NCBI GenBank assembly: GCA_964469215.1
Contig: CAYXYB010000003.1
Coordinates: forward strand, 47,348 to 111,347
Origin: an uncultured Lentimicrobiaceae bacterium
GTDB lineage: Bacteria > Bacteroidota > Bacteroidia > Bacteroidales > SKPS01
Reading direction: 5' to 3'
Length of the DNA: 64,000 bases
The position numbers and the translations under genes are program-made. The notes beneath the pieces are model-generated. The model did not search any database and was not told the origin of the DNA. It worked only from the letters and a program-made list of their open reading frames with translations. How positions within the stretch are numbered: position 1 is the stretch's first letter; each line of letters opens with the position of its first letter. This document shows positions 63,999 through 64,000 of this stretch, piece after piece.

Positions 63999-64000
63999 CA

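Noticed and set aside
1-64000. tRNA, rRNA, riboswitch or prophage genes
   Set aside because: No cloverleaf, rRNA-like or recognisable riboswitch sequence in the intergenic gaps, and no phage hallmark proteins. A covariance-model scan (Infernal/Rfam) would be needed to exclude small RNAs, especially at 25771-26253.

Overview
Chromosomal segment of a Bacteroidota bacterium, most likely Bacteroidales-like. Support: T9SS C-terminal domains, FISUMP and DUF5723 proteins, TAnnTTTG promoter elements, and the dnaA / LMW-PTP / tetrapyrrole-methyltransferase arrangement. It is gene-dense and mostly housekeeping: thrC, thrH, ribD, lplA, ndk, nrnA, FKBPs, PiT transporter, yggS, pyrBI, argS, dnaA, yigZ, pyk, rmuC, prmC, a four-gene glycogen cluster and fabG. 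I found no rRNA, tRNA, CRISPR array, prophage or complete mobile element. Four items stand out. (1) A GC-elevated glycan locus at 14.7-21.7 kb is headed by a 1110-aa fusion of a PNGase F-type peptide:N-glycanase, an internalised T9SS-CTD-like domain and a GH29 alpha-L-fucosidase; a second GH29 and a DUF4838 protein follow, with no SusC/D. (2) The GH57 alpha-amylase ends in a domain that aligns without gaps to the C-terminal domain of the flagellar rotor protein FliG. (3) An orphan IS66 TnpA-like protein is expanded with a Lys-rich, AT-hook-bearing linker and heads a housekeeping operon. (4) An intact, translationally coupled KdsA homologue has lost its metal ligands and KANRS motif. All family assignments come from motif recognition by eye; no database searches were run.
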